A stretch of 64,000 nucleotides of DNA from an uncultured Chloroflexia bacterium (lineage in GTDB: Bacteria; Chloroflexota; Anaerolineae; B4-G1; SLSP01). The position numbers and the translations under genes are program-made. Location: contig CAVVUS010000010.1 of assembly GCA_963751345.1 (NCBI GenBank), forward strand, positions 32,001 through 96,000, written 5' to 3'. Positions 11,472 through 20,873 of this stretch are shown piece after piece; positions within the stretch are counted from its first letter, which is position 1; each line of letters begins with the position of its first letter. Below the pieces are notes generated by a model that saw nothing but the letters and a program-made list of their open reading frames with translations, did no database searches and was not told the origin of the DNA.

Positions 11472-12965
11472 ATGAGCGAATCGGGGAGACAGACAATGGG
11501 CGGGGGATCACCCCACCTTCTGATCCGGGGCGGTACAGTCGTAACGCCTGAAGCTATGTATGCAGCGGATGTGTTGATTGGTGGCGAAACGATCCAGGCC
11601 ATCGGCACGCATCTTCCGGTGTCGGCAGGCGTCGAGGTCGTCGATGCCGGCGGCCTGTTAATACTGCCGGGCCTGGTTGATGCGCACACGCATATTCAGC
11701 TCGACACGGGGCTCTACAAGACGGCCGACACGTGGGCGGAGGGCAGCCGTGCCGCCGCATTTGGCGGCATCACGAGCGTGGTGGATTTTGCGACTCAGAA
11801 GTCGTCCGCGACTCAGACGGCGTCTGCGACTCAGACGTCGTCGGCGCTTCCCCGCTCATCCGGAGTGAGTGGGGAAGGCCGGGGCGTCCACTCGACCTTC
11901 GAGCAGGCGCTGGAGGAGCGGCTGGACGAAGCTGCGGTGTCGTCCATCGACTATGCATTCCATATGATGGTCACGGACCTGCCTCCGGGGCAGGAGGAGG
12001 AACTCGGCATCCTGCCCGAACTCGGCGTCCAGAGCATCAAGCTCTACACGACCTACCGGCCGATCTACTACGCGGACGACGCCACGGTGCTCCGTTGGTT
12101 CGAGGCCGCCGCCAGATACGGCCTGATCAGCCTCGTGCACTGTGAGAATGACTCGCTCGTGACCGCGCAGACGGCAGCGCTCGTCGCCGCAGGGCGTACG
12201 GGCTGGGCCTATCACGGGGCTTCCCGTCCGCTCCTGGCCGAACAGGAGGCTACGTCGCGAGTTCTTCTCCTTGCCGGGGCAGCGGGCGCGCCCGTGGTGA
12301 TCGCCCACGCTTCCACGGGGCGGACCGTTGAGATGGTGGCCACGGCACGAGCGTCGGGCCAGGTTGCGTTTACGGAGACTACGCCCCAATACCTGCTGCT
12401 GGACAGCACCCTGTATGAGGGAAACGAGCCCTGGCGTTACGTCCTCCAGCCGCCCCTTCGCCCGCCTGCAGAGAGCGAGGCGCTCTGGTCTCTCGTCTCT
12501 GACGGGCAGGTAGATATGGTTGTCACGGATCACTGCGACTACAAGCGGGCGCAGAAGCTCGCTATGAATGATTTCACCAAGACGCCGGGTGGGTTGCCGG
12601 GGACGGAGACCTCACTGCTGCTGATGGCCACCTATGGCGTGTCGGCCGGACGCCTCGAATGGACCGATCTCGTCCGCCTGATGGCAGCTAACCCGGCGCA
12701 GATCTATAATCTTTGGCCGCGAAAGGGCGCCCTGATGCCGGGATCCGACGCCGATCTGGTCCTCTTCGACCCGGCCTTTGAGGGTGTGATTGACGCTGAG
12801 GAGCTGCACATGGTGGCCGGCTATAGCCCATTCGAGGGGATGCCGGTCCAGGGACGAGTGGTCAGTACCCTCCGCCGGGGTGAGTTCCTGGTGCGAGATG
12901 GTTCATATGTAGCCCGTCCGGGAAGCGGCGCGTTTATCCGACGCGACCCGCGGTTCTGGGAATAG
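11472..12965 (+). CDS. hydA: Dihydropyrimidinase/hydantoinase-family amidohydrolase with ~27-aa insertion
   Basis: LPGLVDAHTH, AAAFGGITSVVDF, VHCEN, TDHC, NPA.IY.L.PRKG...GSDADLV. Confidence 0.8.
   Translation: MSESGRQTMGGGSPHLLIRGGTVVTPEAMYAADVLIGGETIQAIGTHLPVSAGVEVVDAGGLLILPGLVDAHTHIQLDTGLYKTADTWAEGSRAAAFGGITSVVDFATQKSSATQTASATQTSSALPRSSGVSGEGRGVHSTFEQALEERLDEAAVSSIDYAFHMMVTDLPPGQEEELGILPELGVQSIKLYTTYRPIYYADDATVLRWFEAAARYGLISLVHCENDSLVTAQTAALVAAGRTGWAYHGASRPLLAEQEATSRVLLLAGAAGAPVVIAHASTGRTVEMVATARASGQVAFTETTPQYLLLDSTLYEGNEPWRYVLQPPLRPPAESEALWSLVSDGQVDMVVTDHCDYKRAQKLAMNDFTKTPGGLPGTETSLLLMATYGVSAGRLEWTDLVRLMAANPAQIYNLWPRKGALMPGSDADLVLFDPAFEGVIDAEELHMVAGYSPFEGMPVQGRVVSTLRRGEFLVRDGSYVARPGSGAFIRRDPRFWE
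11790..11843 (-). repeat. 18-bp tandem repeat x3 inside hydA, adjacent to hairpin 11847-11877
   Basis: gcgactcagaagtcgtcc gcgactcagacggcgtct gcgactcagacgtcgtcg. Confidence 0.85.
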
Positions 12966-12979
12966 ATAGGTCCGGCACG

Positions 12980-13691
12980 ATGGACATTGTCTGGGTGCTT
13001 CTGGGGATCGTGATGGGGGTTGCCATCTCCGCTTGGCTCTTTCGAACGCGTGATCGTGCTCAGCGCGAGAATCTGCATGCCGATCTCGCCACGGCAGAGC
13101 AGCGAATTGCTGCAACCTACGCCGCGCGAGCGGAGACCGAGCAGGCGCGGATCGTGCGCGCCTACGAGACCAGGATGCGCGATCTACAGGATCAGCATCG
13201 TGTCGATGTGGCGCAGGCCCGTATGAACACGGTGAATCGCAGTCGCGCCGTGCTCAAGGGCAAGATGGCGGAGCAGGTCGCGCCATTGCTTCCCGGTTTC
13301 GCCTACTGGCCATCCGACGCTCGATTTCTCGGCGATCCGATCGACTATGTGGTCTTTGATGGCTACAGCGACTGCAAGGACAACCACACGGATGGGCGCG
13401 ACATCGAGGTGGTCATGTCTGGATATCAAGCACGGCAAGTCTATGTTGACGCGCGAACAACGTCGCATCGCAGATGCCGTGGCCGAAGGTCGGGTGCGCT
13501 TTGAGGTGGTGAGGATCTTCGCTGATGGTACGGTGAGATCGCGGGTATGGCGCCCGCAGACCCTGCTCGCCTCCCCGTCGGGACCTACGCTTGGGCAATC
13601 CACCATGTGGTGGAAGGCTCATGGGGAGGTTGGGGAGGGCGAAGAATCAGGGGTAGACGATGATGGTCCGCCCGGTCTTGCGACCGAGTAG
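12980..13691 (+). CDS. Holliday junction resolvase-like protein (Endonuc_Holl type) with N-terminal TM; frameshift ~13415
   Basis: SRAVLKGK.AEQ.AP..P.F...P.DARFLGDPIDYVVFDG then, in the next frame, LDIK.GKS.LT.EQRRI..AV..GRV.FE. Confidence 0.75.
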
Positions 13692-13706
13692 TTGAGGAGA
13701 CTTTCG

Positions 13707-14747
13707 ATGAGGGATATCATCCCGGATCTAAGACGTTGGCAGGAAGCGGGAAAGACCCGCATTGCACTGGCCACGATCCTGGAGACCCAGGGATCCTCCC
13801 TGCGTCCGCCGGGAACGCGTATGGCCATCACGGCCGAGGGGGATGTGGCGGGATCCGTGAGCAGTGGCTGTGTGGATGGCGATGTGATCGCCGAGATGGA
13901 GGCGGTCCTGACGGGCAACGTGTCGATACGGCGTCCGTCCTACGGTATCAGCGACGAACAAGCCTGGGATGTGGGACTCTCCTGTGGTGGCGCGATCGAC
14001 TTGATGGTCGAGCGTTGGAGTGACCTGTACGGCGTGCTGATGGAGGAGATCGAGGCCAAGCACGCAGTTGGTTTTGCTTCTCGGACTGATCGTCCGGTGC
14101 ACCTGCTCCACCGGCTTGACGGCGAGACCCTGGGAAGCCTCGGGAATGCGGACCTGGACGGCCAGGTGCTGATGGACATCGCCGCAGCTTGGCCGGGTCC
14201 CTATACCAAGAGACACACGTATCCCCAGGGAGAGGTGTTGATCGAGGTGATCCCACCGCCGCCCGTACTGCTGATCTTCGGAGCCACCGATATCGCGATA
14301 CCCCTCGCCGAGATCGCGCGGGTGACCGGCTTCGAGGTAGTCGTGAGTGATGCCCGGCGTACGTTCGCCCGTGAAGAACGCTTTCCCGGTGCGGACCTCC
14401 GCATCGGTTGGCCCGAGGATGTTTTCAGTGCGGAGGATTTCGGCCCCGGATGGGCAATTGTGGTGCTCTTCCACGATCCGAAATTCGATATCCCGGCGCT
14501 GACCCTTGCACTGCGGAGCGAGGCGTTCTATATCGGCTTCCTGGGCAGTCGAAAGACCCAGGCCGACCGGCGTGAGGACTTGATCAAGGCCGGGTTCAAA
14601 GAGAGCGATATCGCGCGGATTCACGGCCCCGTGGGGCTGGACATCGGTGGCAAGGCGCCGTCCCTGATTGCGTTGTCGATCATAGCCGAGGTTGTTGCCG
14701 TGCGGCATCGACGCCGGGGCGGGTCTATGGCCGAGCGACATGCTTAA
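13707..14747 (+). CDS. xdhC: XdhC/CoxI family molybdoenzyme accessory protein
   Basis: LAT....GSS.RP.G..M, GSVSSGCV, GLSCGG, YIG.LGSRK, IHGPVGLDIGG. Confidence 0.85.
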   Translation: MRDIIPDLRRWQEAGKTRIALATILETQGSSLRPPGTRMAITAEGDVAGSVSSGCVDGDVIAEMEAVLTGNVSIRRPSYGISDEQAWDVGLSCGGAIDLMVERWSDLYGVLMEEIEAKHAVGFASRTDRPVHLLHRLDGETLGSLGNADLDGQVLMDIAAAWPGPYTKRHTYPQGEVLIEVIPPPPVLLIFGATDIAIPLAEIARVTGFEVVVSDARRTFAREERFPGADLRIGWPEDVFSAEDFGPGWAIVVLFHDPKFDIPALTLALRSEAFYIGFLGSRKTQADRREDLIKAGFKESDIARIHGPVGLDIGGKAPSLIALSIIAEVVAVRHRRRGGSMAERHA

Positions 14748-14809
14748 GCGCAGGTTGAGCGTGAGTGATGGTCGTGGCCTTGCGCTATCGACGAATGGAG
14801 AGGTGGACT

Positions 14810-15397
14810 GTGGCTGACGACCAGAAACAAGCGCGGCTTCCCAAGCCCGTGCCGGCGGAGCGTTTTCATCCTTCGGGCGAGGATGCCGGCGCATGGGCCA
14901 ACATCAACCGCGCCCCTCATGATCGTGTCTCGGGCGTGGTCTACAAACGCGCGGTGAATATTGCTTCGGTACGATACGAGCCCTTCCCCTTCCCCGGCCC
15001 GCTTCCGAAGGGGGAGGGTGCTGTTGACGTGAGGTGGCTCTTCAGCGAACACCCCGGCACCGAAGAGGATCTGTTGGCCGGGCGCCCCTTTAGTTACCTG
15101 CAGGATCTTACGTTGAGTCCGGGTGCTCGTACCGGAGAGCAGGCTCATTCAGGGCTCGATATGCTCATCTATGTCATCGAGGGTGGTGGCGATCTGCTCC
15201 ACCGACCTACGGCGGGCAGCCCCATCTTTTCGCGCCCGCTGCGCCCGGGCGACGCCGCGCTGGTCGCAGGCGGCGAGCTTTACAGCGTGTCAAATACCCA
15301 TAGCCGTTCATCATTGCGGCTGATGGTCCTTGCCCTGCAGGCGGAGGGCCCACGACAGGCAGATGGTGCGCCGGGGACGTCGAGTACCGGTGGCTAA
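14810..15397 (+). CDS. Cupin-domain protein
   Basis: LSPG....QAH....LIYVIEG.G ... LRPGDA..V..GE..SV.N; GTG start after GGAGAGG. Confidence 0.6.
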   Translation: MADDQKQARLPKPVPAERFHPSGEDAGAWANINRAPHDRVSGVVYKRAVNIASVRYEPFPFPGPLPKGEGAVDVRWLFSEHPGTEEDLLAGRPFSYLQDLTLSPGARTGEQAHSGLDMLIYVIEGGGDLLHRPTAGSPIFSRPLRPGDAALVAGGELYSVSNTHSRSSLRLMVLALQAEGPRQADGAPGTSSTGG

Positions 15398-16685
15398 GCA
15401 GATCGTGGTGGTGGGCGCCGGTGCTTCCGGGTTGATAGCCGCAGGGCGCGCGGCGGAGCTCGGGGCCAAGGTCATCTTGCTGGACAAGATGGATGAGGCG
15501 GGCAAGAAGATTCTCGTCAGTGGCAAATCGCGGTGCAACATCACCAATGCGGCGCCTCTGCGTGAGTTCCTCACCTACTATGGGCGCAACGGACGGTTCC
15601 TGACCAACGCCTTCCATCGCTTCTTCAGGGATGATCTGCTGGCGTTGCTGAGCCGGTACGGCGTCGAGACCCAGACGGAGCGGGGTGGTCGTATTTTCCC
15701 CGTCTCGGGGCAGGCCTCCGATGTGCGTGATGCCCTCCTCCGCTATGTCCGGGACAACGGCGCCGAGATCCGCTATCTAAGCGAGGTGCACGAGGTCGTG
15801 ACCACCGGCGGCGCTCGCCCGGACGAGCGCCAGGTCCAGGGCGTCGTGCTTTCCAAGGGCACCCAACTGCCCGCCGATGCCGTGATCCTCTCTACCGGTG
15901 GAGCCTCCTGGCCGGATACCGGATCGACCGGCTACGGTTACGTGATGGCTCGCGCGTTGGGGCACACCATCGAGCCCCTACACGCAGCTTTGGTGCCGCT
16001 GACCGTGGTCGAGCGGGCGACGGCAAGGGCTCTCCAGGGTGTGAGCCTACGGAACGTGCGGTGCACGTTCTGGGTGCACGATACGAAGGGTCGTGATCGT
16101 CCCCTCCGGATTCCCTATCCGATGCCCGATACGGGCGAGATGCTTTTCACCCACTTCGGGGTGTCGGGGCCGCTGATCCTTTCTGCATCGCTCGCCGTCG
16201 TGGATGCGTTGAGAGCCGGAAACAAGATAACGCTGTCGATCGACCTCAAGCCGGGGATGACGGACGACGAAGTCCATAGACGTCTTCAGCGTGAGTTTGA
16301 GGAGCATCCGCATCAACATCTCCCTGCCCTGCTCCAGGGGTGGGTCCCGGGAAGCCTGGCGGACGTGCTTGCCGACCTGAGCCCTATCGAGGAGGAGCGC
16401 CAAGTGCACCAGATCCTGTCCGAGGAGCGCGCTACGTTGGTCGCGCTGATCAAGGATTTCCGCTGGACGATCTCCGGTTCGCTGCCGATTGCAGCGGGCA
16501 TGGTCACGGCAGGGGGGGTAGCGCTCAAGGAGGTCGATCCCATCACGTTTGAGTCCCGGCTAGTTGGGGGTCTCTACGTCGTGGGAGAGCTCCTGGACCT
16601 CGCCGCCGATACCGGCGGATTCAACTTGCAGGCGGCGTTCAGCAGCGGCTATCTTGCGGGCAGCGATGCGGCACGTGCCACGTGA
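15390..16685 (+). CDS. HI0933/YhiN-family flavoprotein oxidoreductase
   Basis: VVGAGASG, GKKILVSG..RCNITN, GRIFP, TGG.S.P.TGSTG, LFTHFGVSGP, TGGFNLQ.AFSSG. Confidence 0.92.
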   Translation: MAKQIVVVGAGASGLIAAGRAAELGAKVILLDKMDEAGKKILVSGKSRCNITNAAPLREFLTYYGRNGRFLTNAFHRFFRDDLLALLSRYGVETQTERGGRIFPVSGQASDVRDALLRYVRDNGAEIRYLSEVHEVVTTGGARPDERQVQGVVLSKGTQLPADAVILSTGGASWPDTGSTGYGYVMARALGHTIEPLHAALVPLTVVERATARALQGVSLRNVRCTFWVHDTKGRDRPLRIPYPMPDTGEMLFTHFGVSGPLILSASLAVVDALRAGNKITLSIDLKPGMTDDEVHRRLQREFEEHPHQHLPALLQGWVPGSLADVLADLSPIEEERQVHQILSEERATLVALIKDFRWTISGSLPIAAGMVTAGGVALKEVDPITFESRLVGGLYVVGELLDLAADTGGFNLQAAFSSGYLAGSDAARAT

Positions 16686-16769
16686 CGAGTAGATCGTAAC
16701 CCGAAGGCTTAGCCTCCCACGAGTCACGAGTGATCGGAGTCGTTCACCGTGATTCGTTCTGCCCGTTCT

Positions 16770-16797
16770 TTGACAATTCCTTACCTGAGAGTATGCT
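16770..16797 (+). promoter_or_regulatory. Sigma70-type promoter for deoxynucleoside kinase pair
   Basis: TTGACA-16 nt-TATGCT about 30 nt upstream of ATG 16828. Confidence 0.55.
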
Positions 16798-16827
16798 CTG
16801 GTCACCGTCAACCTCAGAGGATGTCCG

Positions 16828-17745
16828 ATGACCATGCCGGCTGAACGTCCGTATATTGCGATCGAGGGTGTCATTGGTGTGGGCAAGACCACCCTGGCAC
16901 GACTGCTACAATCTCGTTTCGGGTCTCGCGATCGTATGGCGGCTGAGACGATCCTCGAAGCCTTTGACGAGAACCCGTTCCTCTCGGATTTCTATGGTGA
17001 CCGCGCCCGCTATGCATTCCAGACGCAGATCTTCTTCCTGCTTAGCCGGTATCGCCAGCAGCAGCGTGCACCGGAGCTGCTCAAGCAGGGCGCGTTGCTG
17101 TCCGACTACATCTTTGACAAAGACAAGCTCTTCGCCCATCTGAACATCCGGGGGGAAGACGAGCTGGAGATGTACGACCGGCTCTATGAGGCGCTTGCCG
17201 AGAAGGTGCATCCCCCGGACCTGGTTGTCTATCTGCGCGCTAAGGTCGATACACTGATGGCACGCATTGCGATGCGTGATCGCACATACGAGCGCCAGAT
17301 GGACCGCAACTATATCGCTGCGCTGCGGCAAGGATACGAGCACCTCTTCGCCGACTATGAGGCGGTGCCGCTTCTGGTCATTGAGTCCGATGCCCTGGAT
17401 TTCGTACAGAGCCCAAATGACCTCGATGCCATTGAGCAGCAAATACGCTCGATGTTGGCCGGCGTCCGACAGCCGATGCTGCCCACAATCTCGATCTCAC
17501 AGCCGCAGAGCCCGGCCTGGCGGCTGGTCCCGACATCGTCAGCCGAACCGCATACGGAGGCAAACTGGCAGGCACTCGGCGATTTCCTGGCTCTGGCCGA
17601 GTCGGTAGGGCGGGTGGGCGGCGCCCTGGCCCAGCAACCTCCCGTCGGTCCCGACGGCGCGCCCGCGGTGATTCGCACGGCCTTGGAGGATGCGCATCAC
17701 GCTTTGCAGGTTCTGGCGCGGCGCACGGGCATCCAACTCGAATGA
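16828..17745 (+). CDS. Deoxynucleoside kinase with C-terminal degenerate MazG-like helical domain
   Basis: IAIEG.IGVGKTT, ENPFL..FY, QIFFLLSR, PDLVVYL; ~85-aa extension. Confidence 0.85.
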   Translation: MTMPAERPYIAIEGVIGVGKTTLARLLQSRFGSRDRMAAETILEAFDENPFLSDFYGDRARYAFQTQIFFLLSRYRQQQRAPELLKQGALLSDYIFDKDKLFAHLNIRGEDELEMYDRLYEALAEKVHPPDLVVYLRAKVDTLMARIAMRDRTYERQMDRNYIAALRQGYEHLFADYEAVPLLVIESDALDFVQSPNDLDAIEQQIRSMLAGVRQPMLPTISISQPQSPAWRLVPTSSAEPHTEANWQALGDFLALAESVGRVGGALAQQPPVGPDGAPAVIRTALEDAHHALQVLARRTGIQLE

Positions 17746-17799
17746 TCTGTCCGAAACCTTCGCAAGGTTCGGTGCGGGTAAGCCTGAAAGGGAGCAGCT

Positions 17800-18453
17800 G
17801 TGACCAAGTACTTCATTGCTGTGGCGGGTAGCATCGGCGTCGGCAAGTCGACGCTCACATCGCTCTTGAGCCAGCGCCTCAAGTGGGAGCCTTTTCTGGA
17901 AGGGGTAGGGGACAACCCTTACCTCGCAGATTTCTACGAGGATATGGAGAAATGGAGCTTCCATTCCCAGGTGTTCTTTCTGGCGAGACGGCTGCTGCAC
18001 CATCGACAGCTTCTGGAACGTCCAAACTCCGTGATACAGGATCGGACTGTCTACGAGGATGCCGAGATCTTCGCCCGCAACCTCTATATGCAAGGGGCGA
18101 TGAGCGAGCGTGACTATGCGACCTATTCAGAGCTCTACCGCGCCGTGACCTCCATCCTACCGCCGCCGAATCTCGTCATCTATCTACGTGCCTCCGTGGC
18201 CACCTTGCAGTCGCGGATCCGGTTGCGTGGGCGAAACTACGAGCGCCAGATCAGCGATGATTATCTGCAGCAGTTGAACCGGCTCTACGAAGACTGGTTC
18301 GATCATTTCTCGCTCTGTCCGGTCTTGACGGTTCCTGCAGACCGGCTCGACTTTGTCGCTAATCCTGATCACCTTGACTTGGTGACCGATCGAATTCTGG
18401 AACGTCTTCGCGGTAAGGAAGTCGTCCAGCTCAGCGATACAGGCCAAGCATGA
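17800..18453 (+). CDS. Deoxynucleoside kinase
   Basis: IAVAG.IGVGKST, NPYL.DFY, QDRTVYED, RGR.YE. Confidence 0.9.
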   Translation: MTKYFIAVAGSIGVGKSTLTSLLSQRLKWEPFLEGVGDNPYLADFYEDMEKWSFHSQVFFLARRLLHHRQLLERPNSVIQDRTVYEDAEIFARNLYMQGAMSERDYATYSELYRAVTSILPPPNLVIYLRASVATLQSRIRLRGRNYERQISDDYLQQLNRLYEDWFDHFSLCPVLTVPADRLDFVANPDHLDLVTDRILERLRGKEVVQLSDTGQA

Positions 18454-19548
18454 ACTACGAACGGTTTTTCGAGGCATACCCCGACGCTGTCGTTGTGCTT
18501 GACCACGAAGGGCGGATTCTCCATGCGAACCACGCTGCTCAGGCACTCCTGGGAGTGCCTGTACCGGCTCGCGCTGAGGAGCCTGTCACCATAGATTTGG
18601 CCAAGCTTGGCATCGTTGAGGAAGACTTCGAGGAGCTCCGCCGGAAAACCTTGGATGGGAGTGCGCTCGCTTGGGAGTTCGAGTCACCGAGGGCCGAGGG
18701 GGAGGCGCAGCTCTGGCTGCAGGCGAGGTTCTCTCCTTTGGTCGATGACATCGTCGCGGCCGACTACCTACCTGTGGACAGGGCACGACATCACGGATCG
18801 GGTCGACCTGGAGCGGAGACGTCAGGATTTTGTCTATATGATCGTTCACGATCTACGGGTCCCTCTGGGGAATATCCAGAACAGCCTGGATCTCGTGCTC
18901 TCCGCATGGCGCGAGCGGGACCTAACCATCCCGGTCGAACAGATTCTGATCATCGGGCTGCGCAGCACCCGCAAAATGGAGCTGCTGGTGAGCGATATTC
19001 TGGACGTTGCCCGCCTCCAATCCAACCAGCGGACCCTGGCCGTGGCCGAGATTGATGTAGTTGGTATGGTAAGAGAGGCCGTTGAGGCGGTCACGTCGAC
19101 TGCCAATCGGCATGGCCACACGATAAGCGTTGACACGCCCCCCGATTTGCCGACCTTGGATGGGGATCCGGATCTATTGACACGCATCCTCGTGAACCTG
19201 CTCTCCAATGCGGTCAAGTATGTGCAGGATGGCGGCAGGATCGCCGTGGGTGTCCAGGCTGACGATGAGGTCTTCCGGTTTAGCGTCATCGACAACGGGC
19301 CAGGTATCCCGCCTGAGAGCCAGGATTACGTCTTTGAGCTCTTTTCCCGGGGACAGTCGAAGCGTGTGTCGGGCGCAGGCATTGGCCTGGCCTTCTGCAA
19401 GCTGGCTGTGAATGCGCATGGGGGGCGGATTTGGGTGGAGAGTGAGCTGGGGGCGGGCTGCTCATTCTATTTCACGATCCCCCGTGTCCTCCCGGGAGAT
19501 GCCGTCTATGCCGCAGACTATTACGGAAACCGGGGGCTCGAGGCATGA
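18450..19548 (+). CDS. PAS-domain sensor histidine kinase; frameshift ~18750-18770
   Basis: PDAVVVLD..GRI...N.AA then HDLRVPL, NLLSNAVKY, DNGPGI, GIGLAFC. Confidence 0.8.
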
Positions 19549-20819
19549 CGCTGCGGCTCTACTATCGAGATGCAAAGCTGCTGGAGTTTACGGCTCAGAT
19601 TCTTGAGCGGAAGATGATGCAGGTCCAGGAGGCGCATCTGCAGGAGCAGAGCGAGTTTCTGCCCGCGGTGCGGCTCGATCAAACCGCATTCTATCCGACG
19701 TCCGGCGGCCAGCCCTATGACACCGGGTCGCTCGGTGGTGTGCCGGTCGTCGAGGTGCAGGAGGATGACGGTGGCGAGATCTGGCATCTGCTTGCACGAT
19801 CGCTTGACACGTCAGGCCCGGTAGTGGGTCATGTTGATTGGCCACGCAGGTTTGATCATATGCAGCAGCACTCCGGACAGCATCTGCTTTCTGCCGGCCT
19901 TGAAGATCACCTCTCCGCTCACACAATTGGTTTCCACCTCGGAAGTGAAGTCAGCACGATTGATCTTGATATTCCTGACCTGACTTGGGATCAAGCTGCC
20001 GATGTGGAGCGCGTGGTCAACACGGTTGTGTGGGAGAACCGGGCTGTCGTGATCCGGGATCTGGATCAGGCGCAGGTGGCCGATGCTGCCAATGTGCTCG
20101 GCCTGCCGCTGCGAAAGCCCCCGGCGGTGACGGGCGAGATCCGTGTGATCCTGATTGAGGGCTATGACGCCTCAGCCTGTGGCGGCACGCACGTACAGGC
20201 CACCGGAGAGATCGGGCTCACAAAGATCGTGGGTATCGAGCGACACAAGGGTGGCGTGCGCATCGACTTTCTCTGTGGGGGACGTGCGCTGCGTGCTTAC
20301 CAGCGCGATCTACAACTCCTGCGGACGTCGAGTCTGGGGCTCTCTGTGGGGCCGGTCGAGTTACCTGAGGCCATCGATCGCCTGGAGGAAGAGGTCAAGG
20401 AGGGGCGGCGTGAGTTGCGCCAGCTCCGGGCGACGCTTGCGGACTACGAAACGGAAGCACTCTGGGCTTCCGCTCCGGTGCGGGAAGGGGTGCGCGTGAT
20501 CTTGGCGCATTGGGACGATCGATCCTTCGCCGATGCACGGGCCATCGCCGGGAGATTGCGCGAGCGCCCCAGGGCGCTGATCCTGATGGCCGTAACCGAG
20601 GAGAAGGGGGTCCGGCTCGTGGTCGCCCGAAGCGATGATTTGCCGGCGTGCGACGCTGCCGCCATTCTGGGTAGCGCAATGACGTCGCTTGGCGGACGGG
20701 GTGGTGGTACGTCGAGCCTGGCACAGGGCGGTGCCCCGCCGCAGGCTGCTGTCGATATCCTGGCTGCTCTGCGACACGCGCTTGAGGAATGTGGCCTGGC
20801 CTTCGACGGGCTGGGATGA
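19545..20819 (+). CDS. Alanyl-tRNA editing protein (AlaX-like with DHHA1 domain)
   Basis: TAFYPTSGGQP.D.G, HMQQHSGQHLLS, CGGTH, GRGGG...AQGG. Confidence 0.88.
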   Translation: MTLRLYYRDAKLLEFTAQILERKMMQVQEAHLQEQSEFLPAVRLDQTAFYPTSGGQPYDTGSLGGVPVVEVQEDDGGEIWHLLARSLDTSGPVVGHVDWPRRFDHMQQHSGQHLLSAGLEDHLSAHTIGFHLGSEVSTIDLDIPDLTWDQAADVERVVNTVVWENRAVVIRDLDQAQVADAANVLGLPLRKPPAVTGEIRVILIEGYDASACGGTHVQATGEIGLTKIVGIERHKGGVRIDFLCGGRALRAYQRDLQLLRTSSLGLSVGPVELPEAIDRLEEEVKEGRRELRQLRATLADYETEALWASAPVREGVRVILAHWDDRSFADARAIAGRLRERPRALILMAVTEEKGVRLVVARSDDLPACDAAAILGSAMTSLGGRGGGTSSLAQGGAPPQAAVDILAALRHALEECGLAFDGLG

Positions 20820-20873
20820 CATGAAACTTGCCTTCGCGAGTTGATCGCGTAGACTAGAATCTTGGAGGCGCCA

